Source: Hypanus sabinus (lineage: Eukaryota). From it: 64,000 nt of DNA. Location: NCBI RefSeq assembly GCF_030144855.1, contig NC_082732.1:22382001-22446000 (forward strand). Reading direction: 5' to 3'. The notes below the pieces were generated by a model. That model ran no database searches, was not told the origin of the DNA, and saw only the letters and a list, made by a program, of their open reading frames with translations. A program made the position numbers and the translations under genes. Of the stretch, positions 50,701 through 63,599 are shown piece after piece. Numbering within the stretch: the stretch's first letter is position 1; each line of letters starts with the position of its first letter.

Positions 50701-52174
50701 TTACAACTTACACCATCACACTTGGTACAGTCGCTTCTATAGACTCAGAATCCGGGAATACATTTTCTTTTTTTTTTGTATTTCTTTCTCCACTTGTGGC
50801 ATTCTGTCATTCATTCAGGCTCTTCAATTTAGAAAGTAAACTGCTGCTGGCAGAATTTCTGGACATGAACAACTACACAAACTATCGCAGCAAGATCTAA
50901 TGGAGTGCACTGTACTACAAAGCATTTCTATCTGTTCTTAAAACTGCAACACTTGAGAAAAATGGGTTCAAATCTCTCAAGTAATTCAAATTATTGCCCT
51001 GAATACTATTTTAGTTCTATCTTGATTTTAAGTTCTGTACAGATCCTCAGCCACATAATATCAAACTTTTCTAATTGCCACTGTAACTATTTAAATTTAA
51101 AGCTGCTAACCTTTTCAAATTTTACCTATCCTTCCGTCAACTTGGAATTTTTTTTAAGGTTTGTTTTAAGTAGAGAAATAAAGATGTTTTAATTGATATT
51201 TAAAGCCCTTTTGATTCTTTTTGGTGACTGCTCAAAACAACTACACTGGAAAATTAAAGGTTGTAAGCTATGCCATGCAACTTCACCAAAGTCAAAATTA
51301 ATAGATAATTCCATGGGATCCATTTCTAAACCATCACAAACACACTATTGCTTTATTGTGCAACTTCCATTGAACATTGAATTTTACCTACTCCTTTGAA
51401 GGAAAAGAAAGGTACTACTACCTACTTAATATCCCTATTGATGAAGCAGTTCTCAATCCAGCTTAAAAACTTTAAATCATTACATAGCACTAAGTGTATG
51501 GCAAAGATTCAACTGTTTCAGAATCCTAGCAATCAGAGTTAATTTGCTGCAAACCGAATTCCACAGGTTTCTCAGAGTAAAAGTACCTAAGTATTACTAT
51601 CCAAAAGCTTAACTATGACATAGTTTGATCTGGGATGCCCAATTCTATGTTTCAATATCCTAACGGGGGGGGGGGGGGAAAGAAGCATTAGTAGTTTCTC
51701 CTTATCGTTCCCCAAGTCTGTAGAGGTGGTGGGAAATCTATCTGACAACTCCTGGGAGTTGCCAGCAAAGTGCGCGCCTCCAACTACAGTGGTTACATTA
51801 CCTCCATTGGTCTGGAATCCGCATCACTCGCTTCCAATGCCTTTTCTGGGCATGATACGGTATTTAGTATCCCTCCCATTGCCAATATTCGCTCTCTGTT
51901 AAGAAGATGGCACCTCCAGGCTTTTTCGGCCTGGGTCCAGGCCTTGCCTCTCTTCTGTCCCTCACCCCACCCTCTCACACACAGCGGCCCCCTGCTGCCT
52001 GCCCCACACTTGTGGCCGACAGTCAGCGAGACCCTTTAACTGTTGCACACATACACACTGCTGCTGCCCAACTCTTTAGCCTTGAGAACATTATTCAACC
52101 GCCCCAACAGACTACAAGAACCGATAGCAAAGCAGGCACCCAGCCTTTCCACGGTTTCACTCCACGCTCCTTAC

Positions 52175-52225
52175 CCCACTGTCGGCTGCTTCCTCCCAAT
52201 TATCAGCGATTTCCTCATCTTCCAT
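52175..52225 (-). CDS. SZRD1: SZRD1 coding exon 1 (MEDEEIADNWEEAADSG)
   Basis: aaaATGG start, gtaagg donor, 51 bp. The four exons sum to 453 nt (150 aa plus stop). Confidence 0.95.
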
Positions 52226-52229
52226 TTTA

Positions 52230-52800
52230 GCTGCTCAGCTCACTCGCCCCCCTGGCCGCACCGCGCACGCGTACGATCCTCTCCGCGCAGCCGTGGACCG
52301 CGGGCGGCCGGAGCTGCGCAGCCGCAGAAGCGGCACCAAGGTGCCCAGAGAGCAGCAATGCCCCGCATGCGCAGTTCCCACTACTGAGGGGAGTTGTGTC
52401 GTACGGAGTTGGGGGAGGGGTAGGGATGTCCCGGTTTATGCGCATGCGCACTGGCGGCAGTGGGAAGCCCCGGCCATAGCAATCGATCCGAGAGTGAAAA
52501 GATGGCGGCAGCAGGGCCCAGCTAGCCCGAAGCAGCAGCACGGCGAACAAAACCAACCTCGATAGCAGGCCCAAAAGAGGGCGGGGAAACCGAGCCGGGA
52601 CTCAGCAACAGCCCGTGGGGGAAGAAAGGTGAGGGTTAGGTTGTATTGGGGAGGAGGCAGCGCGCCTTGGAATCAAGCTGGAGGCGACGTCAGTATGAGG
52701 CAAAAGGATGGGAGGCCGCGGTGTCGCCTGCCGCCGCCATCATTGGGACGAGGCAGGGTCCGCCAGGCGCGCTCAAACAATGCGTGGATCAATAGATACA
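52230..52800. promoter_or_regulatory. Bidirectional CpG-island promoter shared by SZRD1 (-) and ZBTB17 (+)
   Basis: GC/CpG-rich. Perfect NRF1 palindrome TGCGCATGCGCA at 52439-52450, second CGCATGCGCA at 52364-52373, YY1 motif AAGATGGCGGC at 52499-52509, strong donor AAG|gtgagg at 52629. Confidence 0.8.
52490..52628 (+). other. ZBTB17: Putative non-coding first exon of ZBTB17 (5' boundary approximate)
   Basis: The ZBTB17 ATG exon starts with a splice acceptor, so an upstream exon is required. The strongest donor I found in the CpG island is at 52629. Confidence 0.55.
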
Positions 52801-55559
52801 GAGGGGGTTAATGGAGCACAGAGACACCAATACACTGATCAATTAATGGATGTGGAGGAGGCAGGGGAGCAATAAATGGAGGGAGATGGGTCAGTCATGC
52901 AGACGCTGCGTGGAGTTATCGGCGCGGATGAGCAATGACAAGAAGAGGGGCCAAGGAGTCGTGAGACCTCTGAGGGAGAGAGATGGAGTGTCAATAAACT
53001 GGGAGATGTTTTGATGGAGTTCAGTACACAGGGTGGGGCGATCTAGAAATAGGGAGAGTGTAGGGAAGACAAGCTACTGGAAGGTGAAGAGGCGCTAGGG
53101 CAGGGACACGGCCAGTTCTTTGGGGGGGAATGAAAGGGAACAGGTCGACACCAGGGACCAGAGAGCAGTAAGAAATAATAAACAGTGTGGCATGCAGTTA
53201 GAAGGAAACATGCACCAGGGCAGAGAGACTGAGATGAGACAGAGCACGCAAGTGTACTATCTGGCAAGATGTTGCTTGTCTGGACCACAGTACTCCTGGA
53301 ATATGTTTCATGCTGAAGGAAATTTGCTGCATACCTTAATAATTAGAATTATACATTATGAACCACAAAGAGTATTTGAGAAAATTTATTTTTAACAGTT
53401 TAGAAACTTGACACACGCCATGTAAAAACAGCACACCTTGTTTCAACCTAGGGAAAAAGCATCAAGCAAAGAGCGACATTAGGGAAACCTTACTGAAAAA
53501 TGCAAAATTAGGCAAATCATTGGCAAGGTAGGTGCTAAGAGCATATATCCTGTAGGAGTCTATAATTTCGTCATAATCTCATAATAAGGGGTCACCTTTT
53601 AAAGAAAGAAATAAGGAAGAATCTCTTGGAGGATAAAGGAACTCAGAAATTTCCTGTCCATCTGCAATGGACAGTAGTTTAGAATATATTTCCAGATAAG
53701 CTGGACAGATTTTTGGTCTACTGGGGAACACCCAGCAAAGTGGAATGAGGTGAAGATCAGTCTTAATGTCAGTGAATAGAATATCAGACTTAAATGCTCC
53801 CATGGTCTACACTTGTTCTTACTTTTAAGTTATTTTGTGGGCCATACATCCCCTTGATCATTTCCTACTATTTAATAATTCATGGAAATTCCTGTGCCTT
53901 GTCCTGTTTCATGCTGTATCCTCTCATCTGCTATGTCCAAAAATCTCATCTCCACCTTGCATAAATTAACTAAGAATCTACAGGAACTCACTGCCCCTTT
54001 ACACCACTGGTGTTTGGGCCAGTAATGAAGATCTCTCTATCTCTTGTTAGTCTGGTGGTGTTTAGGGCTTCCTTCGTTGTACCAGTAGCTTCCTCTCAGT
54101 TTTCACTGCTGTCAGTCAAGCAAATCCCAGGTGGAAACTCTGGAATGCCATCACACTCAGATGTAGAAGGATCCTTTACTGTTTGAACAGTTAGGGCTGT
54201 TAGCCCTGAGCTGAACACCCTGAACCAGGAGGACTGATGGACCACTGTTAGTCTGGCCTCTACCCTTTGACCTGTTTGGCACTGGGTGACCCTACCAAGA
54301 GGCAAGGCACAAAGCCCTGACTCCAGCCAGCATAACTCTCCGGGTCACTGGGGCATGCAAGCCTCCAAACCCTACGACAAGGTTCTGGTCCTTTTGGAGG
54401 AGAATTGCATCCATCTCCATAAAAAAAACAAATTTCTCCTCATTGCAATCCTAATATGCCCCTAGGAAATACTACGAAAAATATTCATAAAGGTGTGCAG
54501 CTGTTCCCTCAATACATAAGGGATGTGCCCACATTGAAGTTAATATGTGGTTACCATTTAATGTACTTGAGATTACTAACACAGGGCAAATGGCATTTTA
54601 AAGCACCCAACATTATTGTTTCAGAGGAAGAGATAAAGGTATTAAAAATTCCTCCTGTGCAGATAGGGCAAGCAATAGCTGAACGTGTTGAGGGTTAGAT
54701 AACTAGCTGATAATAGTGGAGTTGACTAAGTGGATCGTCTTGGTCTCCGCTTACCGCTAGGCAAGGGTAAGAGTTTGCATTATGGCCACTGGTTTGCATG
54801 TTGTCACAACAAATCTATGCAAAGGAATATAATTCCATTAAAATATTCAGAACATACTGTATATGCTGTCATCGTCCTTGTACTGGCACTTGAGGAAAGA
54901 AACTGAAATCTTAGGGTAAGTGGTAGTGTGAAAATTTGCTTCCTATTATAGATCCAGTTTAAGTCCACCTAACTTTACATCGAATCAGTTGTTCTTTTTC
55001 ATGCCTTGTAGTGCATCGGGCAGCATTTTTACTGTTTCCTTAGCATTTACCTGTTTATTTACGAGGCTGAGTTGCTAGCTCAATGCCCAACCCAGCACGG
55101 ATGGAAAGTGTGCACTGTGCCAGTTGGGGTTGAAACCAGGACCATTTTCCTCAAAGTCCGGCTGATCTCAGTACCCCGCCAGCCAGCTAATCGAATCCCT
55201 TAGCTGCTGTATAAGTAAATCTGTGATTAAGAGTTATTCCTTTCCAAATTCTTCACTGAGATCACTCATTTGGAAATACTTTTTGAAAGTCTATAATTGC
55301 AAATAAATCTGACAAATTTTAGATTAGCTCTGTTCATAATTGTTTTTAGCACCAGGGACAAGAACATTGTAGACGCTGAGGCTTGTGGGCTGGGCCACCT
55401 AGCTTATTAAGGGCTTCAGGGCCTCAAAATAATCTTGAGTAGCAGTCAGTGATTTCCCTTCGCAAACCTCAGACCCAGGTTGGATCGAACGGGTATTGCA
55501 CATTTTGGAAAATGAAAACATGTAACCCAGCAGCCAGACCAAAGACCAGGGTCACAGAG

Positions 55560-55810
55560 AGGAGGGGTCATTTCGGAGGCACAGCATGGTATCAGGCCCT
55601 TCTGGCTCAAACAGCCTGCACTGCACAGCTATACCCATGTAACTAATTAACCAGTACGCCTTTGGAATGTGGGAGGAAACCAGGGCACCTGGAGGAAACC
55701 CTCATGGTGACAGGGAGAACATGCAAAGTCCTCACAGACAATGTCAGATTTAACCTGGGTTGCGGGTGCTACATTAGCATAGCATTAAGTTCTACCCTGC
55801 TGTGCCACCC
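55560..55810 (-). mobile_element. V-SINE/HE1-like SINE
   Basis: Reverse of the V-domain: tgtgggaggaaaccagggcacctggaggaaaccc. Confidence 0.7.
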
Positions 55811-57129
55811 AGTATTGGTCAGGTTTAGGTTGCCTTGGTCGAGGATTGGAATTTCTGCCTTGTGTGGAGGCTGGTAACGGAGAGAGAGAGGGATTATCTT
55901 CAAATCCCCTAGTGCACAAAAACCTTATCATCTCAGACTTGGGATATATCAATTAAGAATACAGAGCCATCTAAAGCTATGAAGTACAAAGGTCTCTACC
56001 CATCTGTGTAGAAGGAACAGAGTCGTTGATTGCAGGGGCAAGACAGTGATTGGAGATTGAGGCCCTCACTGGAGCATCAGGGAGTCAGGAGATAGTGAGG
56101 ATTGGGAGAAGGAAGGAGGACTGATTCAGGGCTGAGAGCAAGAGGACTCCAGGCAGCACTGGAGGGCGAGGGGGAAATGAATTAAAGGTAAGTGAGGGAC
56201 AAAGGGGTCCCGTTTCATCTTGCACTGATATCGCTGGGAATGGCCAGTGATTAGTGTTCCTGGAGCAATCTGTCTGTGTTTCTGCACAATGCTCCAAAAG
56301 GAGATTTGCAGAGCAAATCACAATCCATTAACTCTGATGCAAATATCGCTTCAGGGTGAGGTTGATTGAATACAAAAGGACGCAGAAATCACTGCCATCA
56401 TGTTTTACAATGGGGGGAGAAAGACAACCTTCAGTCACGTGATCCTGAAAAATAGAGCATTAAAATCCTATGCAATCGTCTGATGTCAAATGTGCCCTTT
56501 TACCACTCATTCATTCAAATGCATTGGTTTACAGTCAGCAGTGACCATGAAGTGAAATGGCACTCGCATTTTCTGGTGATTACATCTGATGGAATCTGAT
56601 GTATCAGAGGAAGGAACAACCAGTAAACACCAGAATTTGCAGATGGAAAGACAAAGCTAGTTGCAGCTTCATAGTTAGTGATTGCCCTCGATTCCATGTT
56701 GTGCCCAGTGAGCTGAGAGCAGCCAGCATCGTTGCATGAAAGATCAGCGTTTCCTCATTGGGTTTGGATCAGGTGTATTTCTGTGTATGTAAGGTACTGT
56801 TGGAAGGCAGGAAACCATTTTGCCTGACTGTTGACATTGATCATTCTCTTTAAAGGCTGTCTACTCTTTCACGTAAGGACTTAGTCTCAAATCAGCAATG
56901 ACCTCATAACATTAGAACAGGATCAATTGGTTAATCAACCTGTTCCCTGATTCGAGTTAATGCTGATTTGGATAAATGATGCCTTTGTCTATGTTATGTG
57001 GAGCCCCAATAGCAAATAGTCACGGTGATCGTACAGTTCAGGGTCCTGTGCAATACAACATGAACTTGGTGGCTTCAGCTGATCTTTCTGTTTGTGCCCA
57101 CCACCCCCCCCCCCCCCCCCCCCACAGGA

Positions 57130-57334
57130 ATGGATTTTCCGCAACACAGTCACCAAGTTCTAGAACAGCTCAATCAACAAAGGCACCTCGGACTGCTCTG
57201 TGACTGCACCTTTGTTGTGGATGGCATCGACTTCAAGGCACACAAGGCAGTGCTGGCTGCGTGCAGCGAATATTTCAGGACATTGTTCCTGGATCAGAAG
57301 GATGTGGTGCACCTGGACATTAGTAACGCAGCAG
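57130..57334 (+). CDS. ZBTB17: ZBTB17 (Miz-1) first coding exon, N-terminal BTB/POZ domain (MDFPQHSHQVLEQLNQQRHLGLLCDCTFVVDG...VVHLDISNAA)
   Basis: Acceptor at 57126-57127, ATG 2 nt into the exon, gtaatc donor. Near-identical to the Miz-1 N-terminus. Confidence 0.96.
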
Positions 57335-57519
57335 GTAATCATCACCTGACAAGAGCAAACGTTCTCTCCCATGGTGCAGGGAGTTGGCAGGGTCAAAGCT
57401 GATGAATATTGACCAATGGTCTCTTTGTTTATCTATCTGGTTTCTCAGAAGATTGTTATGGCTCATTGGATCTATGCAACAATATGAAATCACCTTCCAC
57501 AGAGAGAAGAGTACCCATT

Positions 57520-60340
57520 CACACAGCTGATATTGCAAGCACAGAAATTCACAAAGGTAGAAAATAACAAACTTTTCCCCATGCCAGAGGCGTCTAAGAT
57601 GAGCGGGCATAGGCTTAAGGTAAAGAGTAAGAGATTGAGAGGCAACCTGGGGAAAAGGATGATTGCTGTCTGGGACATGTTGCCTAAGAAGGCAGTGGAG
57701 GCAGATACCCTCACATTTAAGCACCGAGGCATAGTAGACTACAGAACAACTTACTGGGAAATGGTATAGAAAGGCACGATGGATCAAAGGACCTGTTTCT
57801 ATGCAACATGACTATATTATTCTGAAGTGTAACAGAACTAATTTTTGAGTCTGAACGTACACAGAAAAAAAATCCCTTAAATCGAGATGATTGGATGTTA
57901 ATTGTGGGATAACTTTGGCGAGGGCATTCAAAGAATTTCTCTGCCCTTCTTCAGTCGTCCTATAGGATCTCCTACTTCTCTGAACCAGCACTTCAATGTA
58001 ACATCCGTCATCAGAGATGCAGCAAATGCACATTTAGAAAGAACACAATTAAGCAAAATGACCGTGATTTTTAAGAAAAAGAAATAATTTTTGACTGGTT
58101 TACTAGAGTTCCTTGAGGATGTTAGTGGCCTCAGTGGGTCTCAGTCTTTGAACTTTCAAAAGGCGCCATGCTGCCACCTTGAGCGTTACTACACAATGTT
58201 AGAATTAATGGCATCAGGAATGACATATTGGCAAGAAGAAACCAACAGAGAGAGGATATTTAGGATACAAGTATTTCAGGTTGGTGTGCTGTAACTAGAG
58301 GGGTGCCTGATGAATCAGTGCCGTGTCTTCAACGATTTGCCTTCATGACTTAGCTGAACATGTAAAGATATTGAATCCAAACTTGCTGGTACCTATTACA
58401 AAAATAGCTGGCAAACTATTCATGTGACTGAGACAAACTATGGCAAGGAGGTTTGAATAATGTAGGTAAGTGAGCAAGGTTGGCAGATGGAGTATAATAA
58501 ATGTAGGTATGAGTGTATGTACTTTGGTAGGAAGAATAGCAGAGCAGAATATCATTTAAGTGGAAAGAAGATAAAGCCTGCTGTTGTACAAAGGAGTTGA
58601 CAGAACATTAGCATGCCAGTACTGCAAGGAATTGAGAAGGCAAAAGACTGTTGGTCCAATGGCAGGGAAGATAGAGCACGAAAGTAAGGGAAATCTTGTT
58701 ACACCTGTAAAGGATGCTGGTGAGTCTGTCTCTCAAGTGCTACATATAGTTATGATCTCCTTGTTTAACGAAGAGCAAACCAGCACTGCAGGCACTTCAG
58801 AGAAGATTCTGTCAGAGAATGTAGTGGTTGTCGTGCAGGGAAAGTTTGAGCAGGTTGTGGATAGTTTCAAGGTAGGCTAACCATTGAATGAGGAGAAAAT
58901 CTTCTCTCGGAGGGTTGTGAGTCATGAAGTTTCTGTCCAAGGAACTATGATGGCTGGAATAAAATAGAAAATTCTGGGGAAATCCATCAGGTTAGGTAGC
59001 ATCGATGGAAAAAGTAATGGAGTAAACATCTTCAGATGGAGACCATTTGTCAGGAGGCTGAATCAGTGAATATTTTCCAGGTTGAGACGGAGAAGGTTAT
59101 GGTCTGAGAGACACAGATCAGCCACGATTTGGCGTTGAATAGGGGACAGGCTTCAGCTACCCCACAACCAACTCATTCTGGATTCTACGCTCTCTCGGTT
59201 TGGCATTGAACCGGCCTCAGGTGTACGTATTCCGTGTGGAATGCGTGGATTTTCTCCGGGTGCTCCAGTTTCCCTCCCACAGTCCAAAGATGTACCAGTT
59301 AATAGGTTAATTGGTCATTGTAAACTGTCCTGTGATTAGGCTGGGGTTGAATGGGGGGGGTTGTTGGGCAGCTCGGCTCGAAGGACCGGAAGGGCCCATA
59401 CCGCACTGTATCTCAGTAAATAAATAAAAAAGCCAGACTAAAGTATGACATCAGGATTGAATCTGACTCTGTCGAGTTGGTTAATCTCCCAGGTGGCAGT
59501 GAGAGCACTACTGTCTGCTGCCACACCACATCAGTTTGAGAAAAACGTCACTCAGTTTCCAACCCCTGATCACTGTCCACTCCGTGAAACTCCTGCTTCT
59601 GGATAGCTGGTGAAGACAGGTTGTAGTCCTGCTCCAGTGTCCTTGCAGTCGCATCTCACGTCTGCTCTTGTAACTCATGGTGTAGTAACCCGTGCACGTG
59701 GAAGCCGGTGGAATCAGATTTGAAAAGCAAAGTTCAGTATGCAGATGCCTTAACGTGTTTTTGCCTTAGCCCTGTCTTTGACCGTGTGTGATCATTTGGA
59801 TGAGGGGGCCTGGCAAGTTTGGACCTGAGGCCTGAAGGATGCCTCAGACACCTAACTTGATGTTAGATCTATTAACTCTGCCAGTTTCAATGCAGTGTGA
59901 AGATGCACAACATTACTGATTTACATAACATCCAATTTTACATTGAAACGTATGAACTAATGTTAGTCTGGGCTACTTGACGATGTTCCTCCATTCAAAA
60001 GATTGCAACTGAACTGACTGTAACCTGACCTCCTCCTCCCATCTATCTGCAGCAGTCCAGCTTATTAAGTATATACTTACTTCTGCTTTAAAATTTTGAA
60101 ATCGCCCACCACTCTCTGAGAAAAGGAGATCCAAACACCCTTGGGCCTCTGAGAGAAAAAGGCTTGTCTCACCGCTGTCATAATGGGCAAGTCCTCAGTC
60201 TCAGACTTTGACCCCCTAATTTTAGATTCCCTCACAAAAGGCCACATTTTCTCCATATTCATTCCTATAAAGACTGCATGGGATCTTACATGTGTCAATA
60301 AGGTTCCCACTTATTCTTATAAACTCCACCAAAATCTTTT
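57520..60340. mobile_element. Cluster of old CR1 fragments and SINEs in a ZBTB17 intron
   Basis: Degenerate CR1 motifs at about 57520-57815 (+), 58090-59190 (+) and 60000-60340 (-). Confidence 0.6.
59230..59430 (+). mobile_element. V-SINE/HE1-like SINE
   Basis: tctccgggtgctccagtttccctcccacagtccaaagatg plus taaa tail. Confidence 0.72.
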
Positions 60341-60553
60341 TTGTTTAATACTATTATGAAAAAGTCTCTGAGACGCAACACAACAACTCTGCCTATTTGG
60401 AAAATGTAAAAGTTTGGGAAAAGCAGAGTAATTTTCCAAAGTGGATTGGTGCAGACACTTCCCATCATGAGTGGGTGGGCTTCACGGGTTCCTTGGGTGG
60501 ACTGGGTGCCTCAGTGGTGATGGAGTGCAGTGATCTGAGCTACTTTCTCATAG

Positions 60554-60748
60554 GTCTCGGCCAGGTGTTGGAATTCATGTACACAGCCAAGCTCAACCTG
60601 ACAGCGGCGAATGTTTTTGACGTGCAGGCAGTGGCCGGCTTCCTTCAAATGCATGACATTGTGAGCACGTGTGCAACTTTCATTGAAGGCAAGTCCTGTA
60701 CACCAGCACAGTCTCTCACCAAAGAGGAGTCTTCTGCTTCAGCTCAAG
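60554..60748 (+). CDS. ZBTB17: ZBTB17 second coding exon, C-terminal BTB domain (GLGQVLEFMYTAKLNL...FLQMHDIV...)
   Basis: ttctcatag acceptor, gtatgt donor, 195 bp, phase 1-1. Confidence 0.94.
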
Positions 60749-61289
60749 GTATGTACGATTGAATGGCGCGAGTGAATCATAGTGACGCTTTGCGGGCAGC
60801 TTACAAAACTTCTAAATATACTTCTTCTGAACTTGTACTTTGTATGAAAAGGTCAAAAGACCCTGTACTTTCTTTCCTTTAAAGTTGTTAGGTCTGTGAT
60901 AATTCAGGTCCATGGTGTCCAAAATGATTTAACATTGATCCATAGTTGAGGCACTAATTTAAACTTCATTTAGAATTAAGCAAGGCCTGTTGTCTTCAAT
61001 ACCTGATGTTAGTTCGAATTAAAGAGGAAATATTGATTCCTTTTGGTCGCTGATGGAGTAGTCTGCATCTATCATGGACATGGCTCTGCTGGGTTGTGAC
61101 CTTTGCCTCAGCATTTAGGAGATCTGAGTTTTGTATCCCAAATAAAGCTGGAGTGAGGAGAGATTTATTGGTTCTTATAAAATCATGCGAAGGTCTGGAT
61201 CTTGCCTGTTGGAATGACCAAATTCAATCTAAAGATATTGATATTTGTGAAGGTTATGGATTAAACGTAGATGGAATTTGAGGGAAATT

Positions 61290-61840
61290 CAGAATCAGGT
61301 TGTTATCATTGGCATGTGATGTGAAATTTGTTAATTTAGCTGTAGCAGCTCAATGCAATNNNNNNNNNNNNNNNNNNNNNNNNNNNNNNNNNNNNNNNNN
61401 NNNNNNNNNNNNNNNNNNNNNNNNNNNNNNNNNNNNNNNNNNNNNNNNNNNNNNNNNNNNNNNNNNNNNNNNNNNNNNNNNNNNNNNNNNNNNAAAACAA
61501 AAATAATATATAACAAGAGTGAAGTAGTGTTCATGGGTTCAATGTCCACTTACGAAATGTCTGGCAGAGGGGAAGAAGCTGTTCCTGAATTGCTGAGTGG
61601 GTGCCTTCAGGCTTCTGTACCTCCTTCCTGACATTAACAATGAGAAGAGGGCATGTCCTGGGTGATGGGGTCCTTAATAATGGACATCGCCTTTCAGAGG
61701 CACCAGTCCTTGAAGATGTCTTGGATACTGTGGAGGCTATGATGGAGATGACTGATTTTTCAGCTTTCTGTAGCTTTTGCCAGTCTTATGTAGTAGCCGC
61801 CCCCCACCTCCTGTACCAGACAGTGATGCAGCCTGTCAGA
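61290..61840 (-). mobile_element. Rex1/Babar-like LINE 3' fragment containing the N run
   Basis: Reverse complement resembles 24750-25198. Tail ttcagaatcagg. Confidence 0.75.
61360..61493. other. Run of 134 N (assembly gap or masked sequence)
   Basis: Seen directly. Confidence 0.99.
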
Positions 61841-62114
61841 TGAAATTCCTTTTCATCCCATGGATTCTGGGGGCCTGAATTTCCTAATCTGAAATGTGCA
61901 GAGGTAGAAGCCCTCATCAGGTGAATGAGCACTTGAGATTCCATAATCACTCTTGTCCTGATGGTTCAAAGGGATCATACCCTCACTGTAACCCTTATTA
62001 ATTACCCCATCCCTTATTGTGCAATGGCAGAAACATGTAATCAAAGGGTGGTGTACATTACCGGTTGTTTGAGTTGGTGTCTCTCTAACTGCTTTGACTC
62101 TGACCCCCAAACAG

Positions 62115-62288
62115 ACGTGGAGCCACAGAACAGTGATAAGGAAAAGGAAAAGGAACAGAGTGTGGATTCCCCTGGAAAAGAGAAGAAGGAGCCAGCTGTT
62201 GAAGCGAGGGTGGATGGAGCAGCAGACTCAGAAGATGATGACGCAGTAATGGAGTTTGAAGATGATGAAGATGAAGATTACAAACCCG
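62115..62288 (+). CDS. ZBTB17: Probable ZBTB17 linker exon (acidic: DVEPQNSDKEKEKEQ...EFEDDEDEDYKP)
   Basis: acag acceptor, gtcagt donor, 174 bp, phase 1-1, purine-rich open frame. Poorly conserved region, so not confirmed by homology. Confidence 0.72.
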
Positions 62289-62640
62289 GTCAGTTGATGC
62301 CCCCTCACCTTATTGGGTCTTACATTGGCCTGTCAGTTTACAAAGTTTTTCTCTTTGTTTCCATGAATTTTTCTCAGCTGGTTGGAGACTGGATGCAGAT
62401 CATATGGCCTTGGCTCAGGGATGTCAGGGAGGCTGAGCCAGAAATGTGCTGTATGAGCTGGAGTCTTCAAGAGGTGTAGGTTGTGTGTGGCTTGTCTGTA
62501 CTAGCTATGACAGGGACTAGAAATCTAAAAGGGGAAAAGGAGCATGTGTTATAAATCTACTTAGTATTAAAATAATAATTTATAATAATTCAATTTCACT
62601 AAAATATGATCTGTTGTCCATAAGTTTTGAAGTATTTGAA

Positions 62641-63095
62641 TAGAACATAACGTATGAAATAGGAGCAGGAGTAGGCCATCTGGCCCGTCGAGCCTGCTCT
62701 GCCATTCAATAAGATCATGGCTGATCTGACCATGGACTCATCTCCACCTACCTGCCTTTTCCCCATAACCCTTAATTCCCCTACTATGCAAAAATCTATC
62801 CAACCTTGTCTTAACTATATTTACTGAGGTAGCCTCCACTGCTTCATTGGGCAGAGAATTCCACAGATTTACTGTTCTTTGGGAAAAGCAGTTCCTCCTC
62901 ATCTCCATCCTAAATTTACTCCCCCTAATCTTGAGACTATGTCTCCTAGTTCTAGTCTCACCTACCAGTGGAAACAACTTTCCTGCTTCTATCTTATCTA
63001 TCCCTTTCATAATTTTATATGTTTCAATAAGATCTCATCTCATTCTTCTGAATTCCAGTGAGTACAGTCCCAAGCGACTCAATCTCTCCTCACAG
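62641..63095 (-). mobile_element. CR1 3' fragment
   Basis: ORF MKGIDKIEAGKLFPLVGETRTRRHSLKIRG...FSQRTVNLWNSLP. Confidence 0.9.
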
Positions 63096-63381
63096 ATCTT
63101 GGTTTCCTCCCATTTCTGTCCTCACTGAATGTCATGCACCATCCGTGGCCACTGTCAGCCTTAAGGAGGTGTGATAAAGCAGCACAGTGTTCCTACATTT
63201 CCCTCCTTCCCATTTCTCTCTCCCCCTCTTTCTCCCCCCTCTCTATCTCTCCCCCCTCCCTCTCCCTCTGGAGAAGTGCCTGGACTCGGCATAGGCATTG
63301 ATGAACCACTTCACCTTCCTGTTCACCAGTCACATCCGCGATCTCCCTGGTTAATCGTTGCTCTCTGTTGTGCTTCTCTAG

Positions 63382-63498
63382 GAGACTTGGTGAAAGATGC
63401 TGTGTCAAAGATATATGGAAAACGTCGGCACTTTTTTGCCAGGAAAAGTACTTCGAGTGACAGTAAAGACTGCAGTGCAGCGGAGAATCCCAAGGAAG
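63382..63498 (+). CDS. ZBTB17: Probable ZBTB17 linker exon (GDLVKDAVSKIYGKRRHFFARKSTSSDSKDCSAAENPKE)
   Basis: Pyrimidine-rich acceptor ttctctag, gtatag donor, 117 bp, phase 1-1 and open. Confidence 0.6.
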
Positions 63499-63599
63499 GT
63501 ATAGTCCTTAGCCAGAAAGGTCACTAGCCGGGGGGGGGGGGGGGCATACTGTACATTTACTTATCTACATCTCTGACTGGCACACTGGCACAGCTGGCA

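Noticed and set aside
52227-52574. 115-aa minus-strand ORF with a signal-peptide-like start (MGLLSRLVLFAVLLLRASWA)
   Set aside because: It starts at TTG, not ATG, lies across the GC-rich promoter where stops are rare, and resembles no protein I recognise.
56500-56795. Possible second non-coding ZBTB17 exon
   Set aside because: Candidate AG and GT sites exist, but nothing in the sequence selects a boundary pair. Transcript data are needed.
61961-62479. 172-aa ORF as a stand-alone gene
   Set aside because: Explained by a ZBTB17 exon (62115-62288) with chance open flanks. The same applies to 60397-60762 and 63171-63527.
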